Source: Octopus bimaculoides
Taxonomy: Eukaryota
Direction of reading: 5' to 3'
Assembly (NCBI RefSeq): GCF_001194135.2
Contig: NC_068993.1
Coordinates: forward strand, 56,135,029-56,199,028
DNA length: 64,000 nucleotides
The notes under the pieces are model-generated. The model was given only the letters and a program-made list of their open reading frames with translations, searched no databases and was not told where the DNA came from. The position numbers and the translations under genes were made by a program. Positions 23,379-34,856 of this stretch are shown here, in pieces. Numbering within the stretch: the stretch's first letter is position 1; each line of letters opens with the position of its first letter.

Positions 23379-25449
23379 TCGGCTATCATCGGAGTTCATC
23401 AGGAACATTGCTTTGCCACTTTCCATTGGTCAAGAGGGGCATGCTGCTGACCATCTGTATTTTATCAATGACCGCTATAGGAGAAAACGTCACATGATAA
23501 TCATGTGACAGACATGATTAAAAGCGATTGGGGAGAGGCACTTCCTTCTTCGGCGAGAACTCAACTCTTTTAAGTATCACTAAGAGAAAAAAAAAGAAAG
23601 GATTCTTCCCATGAGAAATTTGTTGCAGGTGGCGGGGATGGCTCCAGTGAATGAGTTTCCTTTTAACACATCCTGGCATGGTTATGTGGTTAACAAGCTC
23701 GTTTCATAACCATGTTGTTTCAGCTTCACTCCCACTGCGCAGCACCTTGGGCAAGTGTCTTCTGTCATAGTCTCAGGCTGACCAATCCTTTTCAGTGAAT
23801 TTGTTACACGGAAATTATACAGAAGCTCATCTTATACATGTGCGTACGTGATGTGCATATGTGTGTGTGTATGTAGATGTATACATATGTATGCATGTAC
23901 GTATGTTTATGTGTGTACCTTTGATTTTGCGTTTGTCACGTTCACCGCTTTACAGACGGTGTTGGTTTGCTTACGTCACCATAACACAGGTGTCGACTTT
24001 GCCTTTCATCCTTTCATATATATATATATATTTACTTGGAGAATGGAGCAACAAATACAAGAAAAAGCATTTTCGTTGGACTAGATAGCCGTTGTTTTAT
24101 TATGTGGAGCTTGTGAAATGAGTCAGTGTGGAGGTTTAGGTTATGTAATGAGTCATTTTGTATATTATGTCATAGTCACTTACGTACGTTTCGATGCAGC
24201 CAGTAGTTTGGCCGATCTCTTCAGAGTGTTGAAGGGTATATTCGAAGTTTGTGGTGTGCGAAGTGTAGGAGAAGTAATTATTGGGTGTAGTATATGTGGT
24301 GGTGTGATAGTGGTGATAGGTAAATAGAGCCTTACATTTTAGTTGTTGCGTTGGTCTTCTTGTAAGGGGATATAGGGTGGGTGCTATTTATATATATATG
24401 TATGTATGTATGTATATATGTGTGTGTGTGTATCCCTTTTTTGAATCATCTAATTGTCTGGAGATATTACCATCTGTCAGATCAATATATATTTTTGAAC
24501 TGAACATAAATCGCATCTTTTATTCCTTTTCATATATTCTTTTGTTGTTTTACTTTTCTTTTACTTCCGCTTCTCTCTAGAAACTTCTCTACACCTTCTG
24601 CCAACAGGACATCACATCGACATCGGTTGTTTCCGGCAGTTCCATTCCTTCAAGAAGCACCGAGCAGCATTGTTGTCGCCGGATGATGCCTACATCATTG
24701 CACACTTTGTCCGTCCTTCTGCTGTCGACTTGATACGTCGCATTTTATGCATCATCTATGATGTTTCAGTGGTATAAGTTCAATCTACAGCATTCAGTGC
24801 TAGAATCTGAATCAGCATGTAAAATAGACAAAAAAAAAAACATCCCCGGCGATAAAATATAACACAGCTGTACAATGCAATTAATTTTACACTGTAAGGG
24901 AGAAACAGAATAAATTTGAACGTTTCAGACAGAGGCTCCTGCTTGACGAAACCTTTCGCCACCAAGCCAATCTCTAGGCTTCAGATCTACCCAGTCAGTA
25001 ATTAAACATATTTAGCATTTTTATTAATGAATTGACAGCTGTTCCACTGGGATATATAAGTTGTAAAGCGTTCATATCAGTAAATAGGTCTTTTTGTAAG
25101 TTGGAGTCACACAACGACAGTAGACAGTTCTTCATTTTGTTGTTGTTGTTGTCGTCGTCGACGTCATCGTTCTTGTTTAGACCTAAATCAAACTTTGTCG
25201 AAAAGACGTGACCAAACAAAAATATCTCTTCTATTGATCGTTGCTGCTGTGGTACAGCTGGTGATGACGGAGATCTTGCCATCGTTGGGGTGGGTGTTGT
25301 AGTATTTCATTATCTTAATTATTGATTTCTATCGTGATCCCAATTCATTTAGAAAAAAACGAAACAACTATATCAAACGAAAACGAACAATAATTTTTAT
25401 AATTTTCCGTCTTATTAAAAGTCTTGTACTAACATTAACAACAAAAATA

Positions 25450-25456
25450 ACTACTA

Positions 25457-25500
<44 letters not shown>

Positions 25501-25501
25501 T

Positions 25502-25545
<44 letters not shown>

Positions 25546-25701
25546 GCAACAGCAGCAGCAGTAGCAACAGCAATATCAACGACAACGTATGACATCAACA
25601 ACCAAGCATCTCCCAGACGTACCATTTTAAGTAAATTAAAATTACAATAGAACTCAATAATTAAGATATGAACTATTCCGTTAAAAAAAAAAAAAAACAT
25701 C

Positions 25702-25733
<32 letters not shown>

Positions 25734-25745
25734 CAACAACATCCG
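25450..25745. repeat. Compound (CTA)n(CTG)n(CTA)n...(CAC)(CAA)n microsatellites
   Basis: Read directly from the sequence. Confidence 0.85.
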
Positions 25746-26084
25746 AAGCAGCAGCCGAAAGAACGTCTCAGCAATTGTTATTTGTGCCACAACAAGAGTT
25801 ACTAATGAAACATCTTATCTTCCTTTTTCGTTCCGCCGGCCACGTCGATTCTTATCTGAAATTAAACAGCAACAACAATCCATTATTCGATCTTTGCTTT
25901 CCACACGCACATGCACCCCGAACACACGCGCGTACGCGCGCGTGCGTGCATGCATGCATGCACACACACTCGCGCACTACTATACATAACACCACCTTAA
26001 AGAACAACAATGCTGCCCTAACAACTACAAATCAACTCGCCAATCCTGTGTAGTATACATGAACAACAATACCAGAGCCTGTAA

Positions 26085-26150
26085 TTTCGTGACTAGAGTA
26101 CCACAGGGGTCCGTCCTCATACCTACCTTTTTAACTATTGAGTAAATGGT
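26085..26150 (+). mobile_element. Tiny CR1/L2-like RT remnant
   Basis: VTRVPQGSVL.P, resembling the RT motif GVPQGSVLGP. Confidence 0.45.
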
Positions 26151-26156
26151 CTTCCC

Positions 26157-26194
<38 letters not shown>

Positions 26195-26198
<4 letters not shown>

Positions 26199-26378
26199 GG
26201 GGAGAGAATTCACAAAATAAAGACGAAGACAGGTGGTGTAGACAACAAACAGATGTATTAGTTTAACGCTTAGGAAGTGAAAAAGTCTTTAACGTTTCGA
26301 GCCTACGCTCTTCCACAGAAAGGAACACAGAAAGAAACAGGGAGAGAAAATAAAGAATGTGTAGTGTCTAGCGATTAC
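26195..26378 (-). mobile_element. Penelope-like terminal-repeat-type fragment carrying a hammerhead-like motif
   Basis: The minus strand contains CTGTGGAA-GAGC-GTAG-GCTC-GAAACGT, the arrangement typical of PLE pLTR hammerheads. Confidence 0.55.
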
Positions 26379-26399
26379 ATGTTACCAGTAGCACTGAAG

Positions 26400-26755
26400 A
26401 GCGACCTGACATATTGAGATGGTGTGGCCATATTGTTCGAATGGCAGATGAACGCATGCCGGAACAGCTGTTTTATGGTGAGCTTGCAGAGGGGAAACGC
26501 TATCGGCATAAACCTAAAATAAGGTTCAAGGATGGCATAAGGACTACTATGAAGTCACTTGGAATGGTTCCAGAAGATATAGAAACCCTCGCCTCAGATC
26601 GAGTTGGATGGCGAACAAAAGTGTGGAATGGAATGAAAGCGCTTGAAGAGGCCAGGATAACGCAAGCAAGATTCAAGAGATATTTAAGGAAGAATGTAAA
26701 GATCGAGAAGGTGAATGACAAGGATCCTTTTTGTGTGCACAGTCTGTGACAGATA
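26400..26755 (+). mobile_element. RTE-clade LINE 3' fragment
   Basis: LRWCGHIVRMADERMPEQLFYGEL..GKR...PKIRFKD...ASDRVGWR. Confidence 0.85.
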
Positions 26756-26900
26756 TATGNNNNNNNNNNNNNNNNNNNNNNNNNNNNNNNNNNNNNNNNN
26801 NNNNNNNNNNNNNNNNNNNNNNNNNNNNNNNNNNNNNNNNNNNNNNNNNNNNNNNNNNNNNNNNNNNNNNNNNNNNNNNNNNNNNNNNNNNNNNNNNNNN

Positions 26901-26934
<34 letters not shown>

Positions 26935-27408
26935 TTATGTATATGTATATATATGTTTGAATGTATGTACGTATATATATATATATATATATGTAAGTAT
27001 GTGTGTGTGTGTATGTGTGTGTGTGTGTATACGGATATGTCTAAATCTGGATCAAACTATTAACACATATTTTCAACTTCAACAACATGGATTGAGTGCG
27101 ATTTTTTTTCGCCTGTACAAGTATGTGTGTGTGTGTGTCACGAGGTGTATGCGATTTGTTCAAGAGTCCCAAAATTTAAAGAATAAACAAATCTATTGTT
27201 TTCCTTATTATGACTGGTTAAAGAATTGTTGGGAGGAGAGAAAATTTAAGAGTTTAAAGGCGGAAGTGAAGTAACAGAAAAGTAGGATGAGAACGGATAT
27301 GTAAGCACATAGCTGCAACGATATACAATTAAATACATACATACATACATACATACATACATACATACATACATAAACGCGCGCGCGCACACACATACAT
27401 ACGCACGC

Positions 27409-27440
<32 letters not shown>

Positions 27441-27810
27441 ATAGATACATACATATGTATGTACATACGTACACAAATGCTCATATACATACATATATAC
27501 ATAATACATACACGCGCGCGCACATACATACATACATACATGCGTATGTATGTACATACGTACACGCATGCACATATACGTACACACATATATATATATA
27601 TATATATATGGGGGGTCGGGGTATATATGTGTGTGTGTGTGTGTGTATGGCTGTGTGGTAAGAAGTTTGCTTCCCAACCACATGGTTCGGGTTCAGTCCC
27701 ACTGCGTGGCACCTTGAGCAAGTGTCTTCTACCATAGTCGCAGGCCGATCAAAGCCTTGTGAGTGGATTTGGTCGACGGAAGCTGGAAGAAGCCCGTCGT
27801 ATATATATAT

Positions 27811-28770
27811 GACATCCTAATTAAAATAGTCAATAACCACATCGAAACAGACATCTTCTTTAAACCCACAGATTCCAAACAATACCTATTATTCAACTCA
27901 TGCCACCCCAAACACNNNNNNNNNNCAGACATCTTCTTTAAACCCACAGATTCCAAACAATACCTATTATTCAACTCATGCCACCCCAAACACATAAAAA
28001 TTAATATACCTTATAATCTAGCGAAAAGAATTCGCACCATAGTTTCAGACACCTATACTCGTGAACGAAGACTCCTTGAATTCAGATCAATACTAATCAA
28101 AAGACACTACCCAATATCATTAATAAATGATGGCATTAAACGAGCTAAGGAAATAGATATACGAACATTAAGGGAAGTCAACCGAAATACTAAACCAGAC
28201 TTAAAAATACTCCCATACATCTCCACACATAACCCTAGAAACAACGAAGCCTTTAACGTTATCCTCCAAAATCTTCCCATCCTCACAAGAGATAAAACAA
28301 TGACCAAAATTTTAGGCTCACACAAAATTATCAAAAGCAAAATGCAACCAAAATCATTGAAAAAAATATTAACCAGCGCAAGACTGTATCCATTAACAAC
28401 ACAACCAAAAGTAAAAAAATGTGGTCGATCTAACTGTGGTACTTGCCCCACCTTTTGGAGGGTTCCACTTTAAACAAGGTGAAATTTTTAAGATTAAATC
28501 AAATTTCACCTGTGCCTCGGAAAATCTAATCTATGACATTACATGCTTAAGGTATGGTAATAATTATATTGGCCAAACAGGAATATCACTCCGTCGAAGA
28601 ACCACTCTCCACAAAGAACAAATCCGCCACCCACAATACAGACAGATACAGGTCAGTGGAGACATAGAAAGGTGTGCGAGAAATCTTAATGGATGGAATC
28701 ATTTTTTCTCTTTGCTATTCCTGTTCTCCAAGAGAAAGTCAAGGGCCGATACAGTTCGGCACCAGTGACA
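27811..28770 (+). mobile_element. Penelope-like element remnant (RT C-terminus, linker and GIY-YIG endonuclease)
   Basis: ETDIFFKPTDSKQYLLFNSCHPKH..NIPY, LPYISTHNP, KCGRSNCGTC and FTCASENLIYDITC..NYIGQTG. 5'-truncated, with one frameshift near 28455. Confidence 0.88.
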
Positions 28771-28984
28771 CAGATAAACACAAAAAGTCAAAATGGCTAT
28801 TGCAAGGTATCCCGTTCAATGTTCTAATAATTTCATTAATCTACTGCATTGTACTGGTGATTATTTATCGATTTCAAGACAATGAAAGATGATGCTGATC
28901 TCATTATGATTTGAACTCAAAGTGCAAGGAACCAGAAGAAATATAGCAAGAAATTCTATACGACGAGAGAGAGAGAAAGAAAGA

Positions 28985-29088
28985 GAAAGAAGAAGAAGAA
29001 GAAGAAGAAGAAGAAGAAGAAGAAGAAGAAGAAGAAGAAGAAGAAGAAGAAGAAGAAGAAGAAAAAGAAGAAGAAGAAGAAGAAGAAG
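28985..29088. repeat. (GAA)n microsatellite
   Basis: Read directly from the sequence. Confidence 0.9.
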
Positions 29089-31093
29089 AGAGTACGACAT
29101 ATATCACTTCTTTTTAAATGCAAACGCGCTGGTTGTATTATAAACGAGATTGCACTGTACACATACACACACACACACACACACAGATACATGCGTGCAC
29201 GTACACACAGGTACGCATGCACTTGTACGCAAACACACATAAAAACACACACAGACAGATACATGCACAAATTTACCTACACAAACACGCATACCTTTGT
29301 TTAAGCACGCGCAGATACACACGCGTAGGCACATACATACAGACAGTTACAAACACACACACACACACAAACACACATGCAATACACAAACACAGACACA
29401 CAATACACAATACACACATCACACAATACATAAATAAACACACACACACTCACGCACTAAGATGACATGATTGAATGACATTTAAACATAGAAACATTAA
29501 AACATTAGGCTAATGGCTTTTAACACCATCACCCTCGCCTCCACCACCACCACCACCACCACCAAAACCACCACTACCACCACCACCACCACCACCANNN
29601 NNNNNNNNNNNNNNNNNNNNNNNNNNNNNNNNNNNNNNNNNNNNNNNNNNNNNNNNNNNNNNNNNNNNNNNNNNNNNNNNNNNNNNNNNNNNNNNNNNNN
29701 NNNNNNNNNNNNNNNNNNNNNNNNNNNNNNNNNNNNNNNNNNNNNNNNNNNNNNNNNNNNNNNNNNNNNNNNNNNNNNNNNNNNNNNNNNNNNNNNNNNN
29801 NNNNNNNNNNNNNNNNNNNNNNNNNNNNNNNNNNNNNNNNNNNNNNNNNNNNNNNNNNNNNNNNNNNNNNNNNNNNNNNNNNNNNNNNNNNNNNNNNNNN
29901 NNNNNNNNNNNNNNNNNNNNNNNNNNNNNNNNNNNNNNNNNNNNNNNNNNNNNNNNNNNNNNNNNNNNNNNNNNNNNNNNNNNNNNNNNNNNNNNNNNNN
30001 NNNNNNNNNNNNNNNNNNNNNNNNNNNNNNNNNNNNNNNNNNNNNNNNNNNNNNNNNNNNNNNNNNNNNNNNNNNNNNNNNNNNNNNNNNNNNNNNNNNN
30101 NNNNNNNNNNNNNNNNNNNNNNNNNNNNNNNNNNNNNNNNNNNNNNNNNNNNNNNNNNNNNNNNNNNNNNNNNNNNNNNNNNNNNNNNNNNNNNNNNNNN
30201 NNNNNNNNNNNNNNNNNNNNNNNNNNNNNNNNNNNNNNNNNNNNNNNNNNNNNNNNNNNNNNNNNNNNNNNNNNNNNNNNNNNNNNNNNNNNNNNNNNNN
30301 NNNNNNNNNNNNNNNNNNNNNNNNNNNNNNNNNNNNNNNNNNNNNNNNNNNNNNNNNNNNNNNNNNNNNNNNNNNNNNNNNNNNNNNNNNNNNNNNNNNN
30401 NNNNNNNNNNNNNNNNNNNNNNNNNNNNNNNNNNNNNNNNNNNNNNNNNNNNNNNNNNNNNNNNNNNNNNNNNNNNNNNNNNNNNNNNNNNNNNNNNNNN
30501 NNNNNNNNNCAAACGAAATACCACTAAGCACTTCGCCCCGCGTACTAACGTTTCTGCCAGCTCGCCGCCGTTCCTAGATGTCTATTAAGGGTCGTCTCTC
30601 GTGTCCGAGAAAGACGGTTCGGCGATTTTTTTGCCGAACAACCTGCACAGATGAATTGTTTATAGCGATCAAATGTTCGTGCTGCCCATTATCTCGTTTC
30701 ATCCCATCAAATCGACATTAGCTGAACAGGTGCGCGGTGTAGCACACCTCTGACGCGGTTGCAAAGTGACGTGGGATGAAGTGTTTTGCTCGAGAACACA
30801 ATCCAACGTCCGGTTCGCGAATTGAACCCACGATCTTACGACCGTGAGCACCACACCCTAACCACTTGACCATGCGCCCTTACAGATGTAAGCGAAAAAC
30901 CCTGTTATTGCATCACTTGGGGTTTGGTGTGCCTCGGTCAGTTGATGATCCTTTGACTCTGCATAAATTTCTAATGCCTAATATGATTTGCATAGTGGAA
31001 CCGCATAACTTAGTGGTTAGGGTGTTGGACTCGTGATCGTAAGATTGTGGTTTCGATTCCTGGATCGGGCAACACGTTGTGTTCTTGAGCACA

Positions 31094-31346
31094 CATAGAT
31101 ACACACTGCCGCCTGTCACTAGACGCGAGAAAGTTTTTCGTAAGTTCAGTCCTTGAGAGAAGTAAAACATTCTAGAATGGTTCTCCATTAAAATAAGACA
31201 TTCTAGAATGTTTCTCCCTTAGATAGTTCCACGTGGTGTTGAGCTCAGACAGAGACATAACAATACGTTTTATTTCTCCCAAGGTCTGACTGGAACTTAT
31301 GAAAATCTTTCCCACGTCTAATGACAGGCGGCAGTGTGTATCTATG
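31094..31346. mobile_element. MITE / fold-back element with about 60-bp TIRs
   Basis: CATAGATACACACTGCCGCCTGTCACTAGACG... at the left; its reverse complement ...CGTCTAATGACAGGCGGCAGTGTGTATCTATG at the right. Confidence 0.8.
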
Positions 31347-31639
31347 CGCGAGGCAAGGCGGTTGGCTACACTAACCAAATAACACATAGATGGATAACAG
31401 TTCCGCCAAAGGGAAATAGTGCTCCTACTCTGCTATGCCGATTATATCACTTTTCATTCCAGAGTACAAGGCAAGTTACATTTAGCATCGAAAGGCAAAT
31501 TCGGCCCCGGTGGAATTTGAACTCAGAACACAAGGAACCAGAAAAATTGCCGCTAAGAATTTTGGTCGACGTTTTAACGGTTTTGCCAATAGCAATAATC
31601 CTTTCTGCTATAGGCACAAGGCCAGAAATTTTGTGGACT

Positions 31640-31900
31640 AAAATTGCAGGGGTGCTGAACGAAATATTCCTGGAAAGAGGCCAGGTGGACGAGCTACTGA
31701 TGAACAACAGCACCGCATTTAGTTCAAGGCTGTTGAAGGAAATGCTGTTGAACGGGTGGAATGTCAGATGCTTCTTCAGGAATTGCATATGGGCCAAGCA
31801 GAAGTGAAATTGTAAAGAGACACAACACAATCAAAGTTGAGGCCGATAGAAGGCGACTTTCTCCCATTGAGGTAGTCTTCTGATACAACATGTAGTGTTG
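31640..31900 (+). mobile_element. Gypsy-like LTR retrotransposon integrase core remnant
   Basis: LNEIFLERGQVDELLMNNSTAFSS..L..W.VRCFFR, then frameshifted AY.PS..EIV.RH.TIK and SPIEVVF*YN. Confidence 0.7.
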
Positions 31901-32234
31901 CCCAGGACAGGAAAAACTGACGAGTCAATTCTACAAAAGACAGTCCTCAGATAAGAACGGTGACACCTGAGCAGAATAACGCAACGTTTCGAGGAAAGGC
32001 GAAGGACTTGTGTGGTTATGGCACGGGATTTTTTGTCACTAGCTTTGCGAGTATCATAAAAGAAAAAAGAGCCGTGAGAGAAAACTGAGGCAACTTTTAT
32101 CCGTTAGAGTTATGTCCCTTGAATAGTACTTTACTCTTCCAATTATTCTGAGCTCCAAGATTTATTTACCAAACTCTCGTGCACCAAACTGATTGGTAAA
32201 ATCGGCTGAAATTAAATGAGTCTATAATACCTCA

Positions 32235-32280
<46 letters not shown>

Positions 32281-33367
32281 TGTGTACGCGTGGGTGCATC
32301 TGTCTGCTACCTCTATGTCCGTCGGTCCATCAGTCTTTCGCTCTCACCTTAGCTATCTCTCTACCTATCTATTTATCCATCTACTATTACACATAGACAG
32401 CTTCCGTTTATCTGTCTAGTAGCCTGTCTATCTATCTGTCCATCTCTCTACCTGAGATGTTTAGGCTTTTTCCCCAAATATTAATTACATAAATGAAATG
32501 GTTTCTGCAGAACTCGAAACTGCATCGACATCTCAGCTCACTGTTTACTTCAGGTTACCAGCAAATTACCTTTGTAATANNNNNNNNNNNNNNNNNNNNN
32601 NNNNNNNNNNNNNNNNNNNNNNNNNNNNNNNNNNNNNNNNNNNNNNNNNNNNNNNNNNNNNNNNNNNNNNNNNNNNNNNNNNNNNNNNNNNNNNNNNNNN
32701 NNNNNNNNNNNNNNNNNNNNNNNNNNNNNNNNNNNNNNNNNNNNNNNNNNNNNNNNNNNNNNNNNNNNNNNNNNNNNNNNNNNNNNNNNNNNNNNNNNNN
32801 NNNNNNNNNNNNNNNNNNNNNNNNNNNNNNNNNNNNNNNNNNNNNNNNNNNNNNNNNNNNNNNNNNNNNNNNNNNNNNNNNNNNNNNNNNNNNNNNNNNN
32901 NNNNNNNNNNNNNNNNNNNNNNNNNNNNNNNNNNNNNNNNNNNNNNNNNNNNNNNNNNNNNNNNNNNNNNNNNNNNNNNNNNNNNNNNNNNNNNNNNNNN
33001 NNNNNNNNNNNNNNNNNNNNNNNNNNNNNNNNNNNNNNNNNNNNNNNNNNNNNNNNNNNNNNNNNNNNNNNNNNNNNNNNNNNNNNNNNNNNNNNNNNNN
33101 NNNNNNNNNNNNNNNNNNNNNNNNNNNNNNNNNNNNNNNNNNNNNNNNNNNNNNNNNNNNNNNNNNNNNNNNNNNNNNNNNNNNNNNNNNNNNNNNNNNN
33201 NNNNNNNNNNNNNNNNNNNNNNNNNNNNNNNNNNNNNNNNNNNNNNNNNNNNNNNNNNNNNNNNNNNNNNNNNNNNNNNNNNNNNNNNNNNNNNNNNNNN
33301 NNNNNNNNNNNNNNNNNNNNNNNNNNNNNNNNNNNNNNNNNNNNNNNNNNNNNNNNNNNNNNNNNNA

Positions 33368-33511
33368 GCGGAAAGTCGGAACCATGTGTCTCGATTCAGA
33401 TATAAGGGTATCTACATAACTTCACTCCCTCTTAATTCAAGTGGAAATAATAACGTTGGATATATTTATTGCTGTTACACCGCCGGCGTGGTATGAATGC
33501 TGTTCTCTGAG
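33368..33511 (+). promoter_or_regulatory. Candidate CpG-rich promoter / non-coding first exon of ATPAF1
   Basis: Local CpG cluster and a strong donor GAG|GTAAGG at 33511/33512. A matching acceptor ctaacAG ends at 34597, just before the ATG. The left edge is in an N gap. Confidence 0.45.
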
Positions 33512-34629
33512 GTAAGGTCAAATGGTTTTATTGAATATCGAGAAAATAAACATTGATCTGTTCTTTATTTAAATAACAAAATATGTGAATTATTATATTT
33601 AAATAAACAACAACATTCATTTAAATTTCATTAATCGATAACAAGATTATATTAAGTTAACTGTTCAAGACTAAATATTACCGTTTATGATTTCATTTTA
33701 CGTAGTTTAAGTACAAAGTAACCTTATTGATATAATTTCTCAATGCAAATTATTTATACATATAAATTTGCCTAGAATATTGATTATTCTCTGATCTTAA
33801 TGGTCCATTTATTAGCTTTTTTTTTTTAAATTCTACTTTATTATTATTTTCCTTCCTTTCTGCGGATGATGTTAACTACTTGCGGTGTAGTTAAACGTGT
33901 GCTTTTAATTTTGAAATACGGCCTTATCGAACAAACATATGATGCAAACGTGCCAGTCGTGACCATTTCATGCATTTATGAAGGAGTTTAAATGCATCTG
34001 TGTTTAAGTATTTAAAAGTTCTTACTATTATACACCGTCATATTTACCTTTTTGTTTTGTTTTTCCAATGTATGTTCTTCAAGTTTCAATTTCTTTTTTT
34101 ATCTGTTATAAATCCTTGAATCTTTATCTCCATTTACTTTCTAAATATATAACTAAGTATCTGTCTATAGATTTCACTATTTGTGTTAAAGCTGGGTGGA
34201 GTTTATTTATACTTGGACCTAATTGTATATCTTAGACTGAATTGGTTACAACACCCAAACTACTTACTTGGCTAGGGTTCTTTAACGATCCAGGAGAATT
34301 ACAGTGCAGACAGTAGCCCAGAATGTGATAGCGAGAGGTATCCAGGAATCATGGCTTGGATGTGACCCATCCCTTAGAGTGTAAGGAGTCGAGGGCAAAA
34401 ACACTTGCGTGACATGAGACTTCTTCTCTGAAGACCTGCTGTTCAGCACCCCCTAGTTTCTTACGACCGATATTTATCTAGCAGTGTATGATTTTATGGC
34501 TAAATGTCTTTTGTTAGGATAATTATTCATTAAGATTTTTTTCTGTATGAAAATTAACAATTGATATTTTCTTTTTTTACATTTTCCGTACTAACAGCTA
34601 TAAAATCCTAAATTAATAGACTGTAAGCA

Positions 34630-34856
34630 ATGTTGCAGTTATTGCACCGAGGAAGGCAGTGTTTGCACCAAGCTGCTGTTGTTTGCAACAGCTGCAACCT
34701 GTTGCCTACCTTCACTGCACTTCCATTCACAAGAACACAAAGAAACTTCCAAACAGATTCTGTATATTTACAAAAGAACAAACCTGAACCTGAAATTGAC
34801 CTTCAAAAAAATCCTTATTATGAGAAATACACTGAAAAGTTGAAGGCACTCCAAGA
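34630..34856 (+). CDS. ATPAF1: ATPAF1 exon (MLQLLHRG...KLKALQE)
   Basis: ATG at 34630. Donor GA|GTAAGT, phase 2. Confidence 0.85.

Noticed and set aside
27847-27995. 69-bp duplication in the Penelope ORF, and similar duplications at 9527, 20560 and 55341
   Set aside because: Each flanks an exactly 10-N spacer, which is typical of unmerged contig overlaps.
31334-31807. 157-aa ORF as a host gene
   Set aside because: It is a chance read-through of a MITE end, two SINE fragments and an integrase remnant.
31915-31960. CTGACGA-GTC..GAC second hammerhead candidate
   Set aside because: It lacks the GAAA core after stem II.
33860-34500. Possible intronic snoRNA in ATPAF1 intron 1
   Set aside because: No convincing paired C/D or H/ACA boxes with a terminal stem could be identified by eye.
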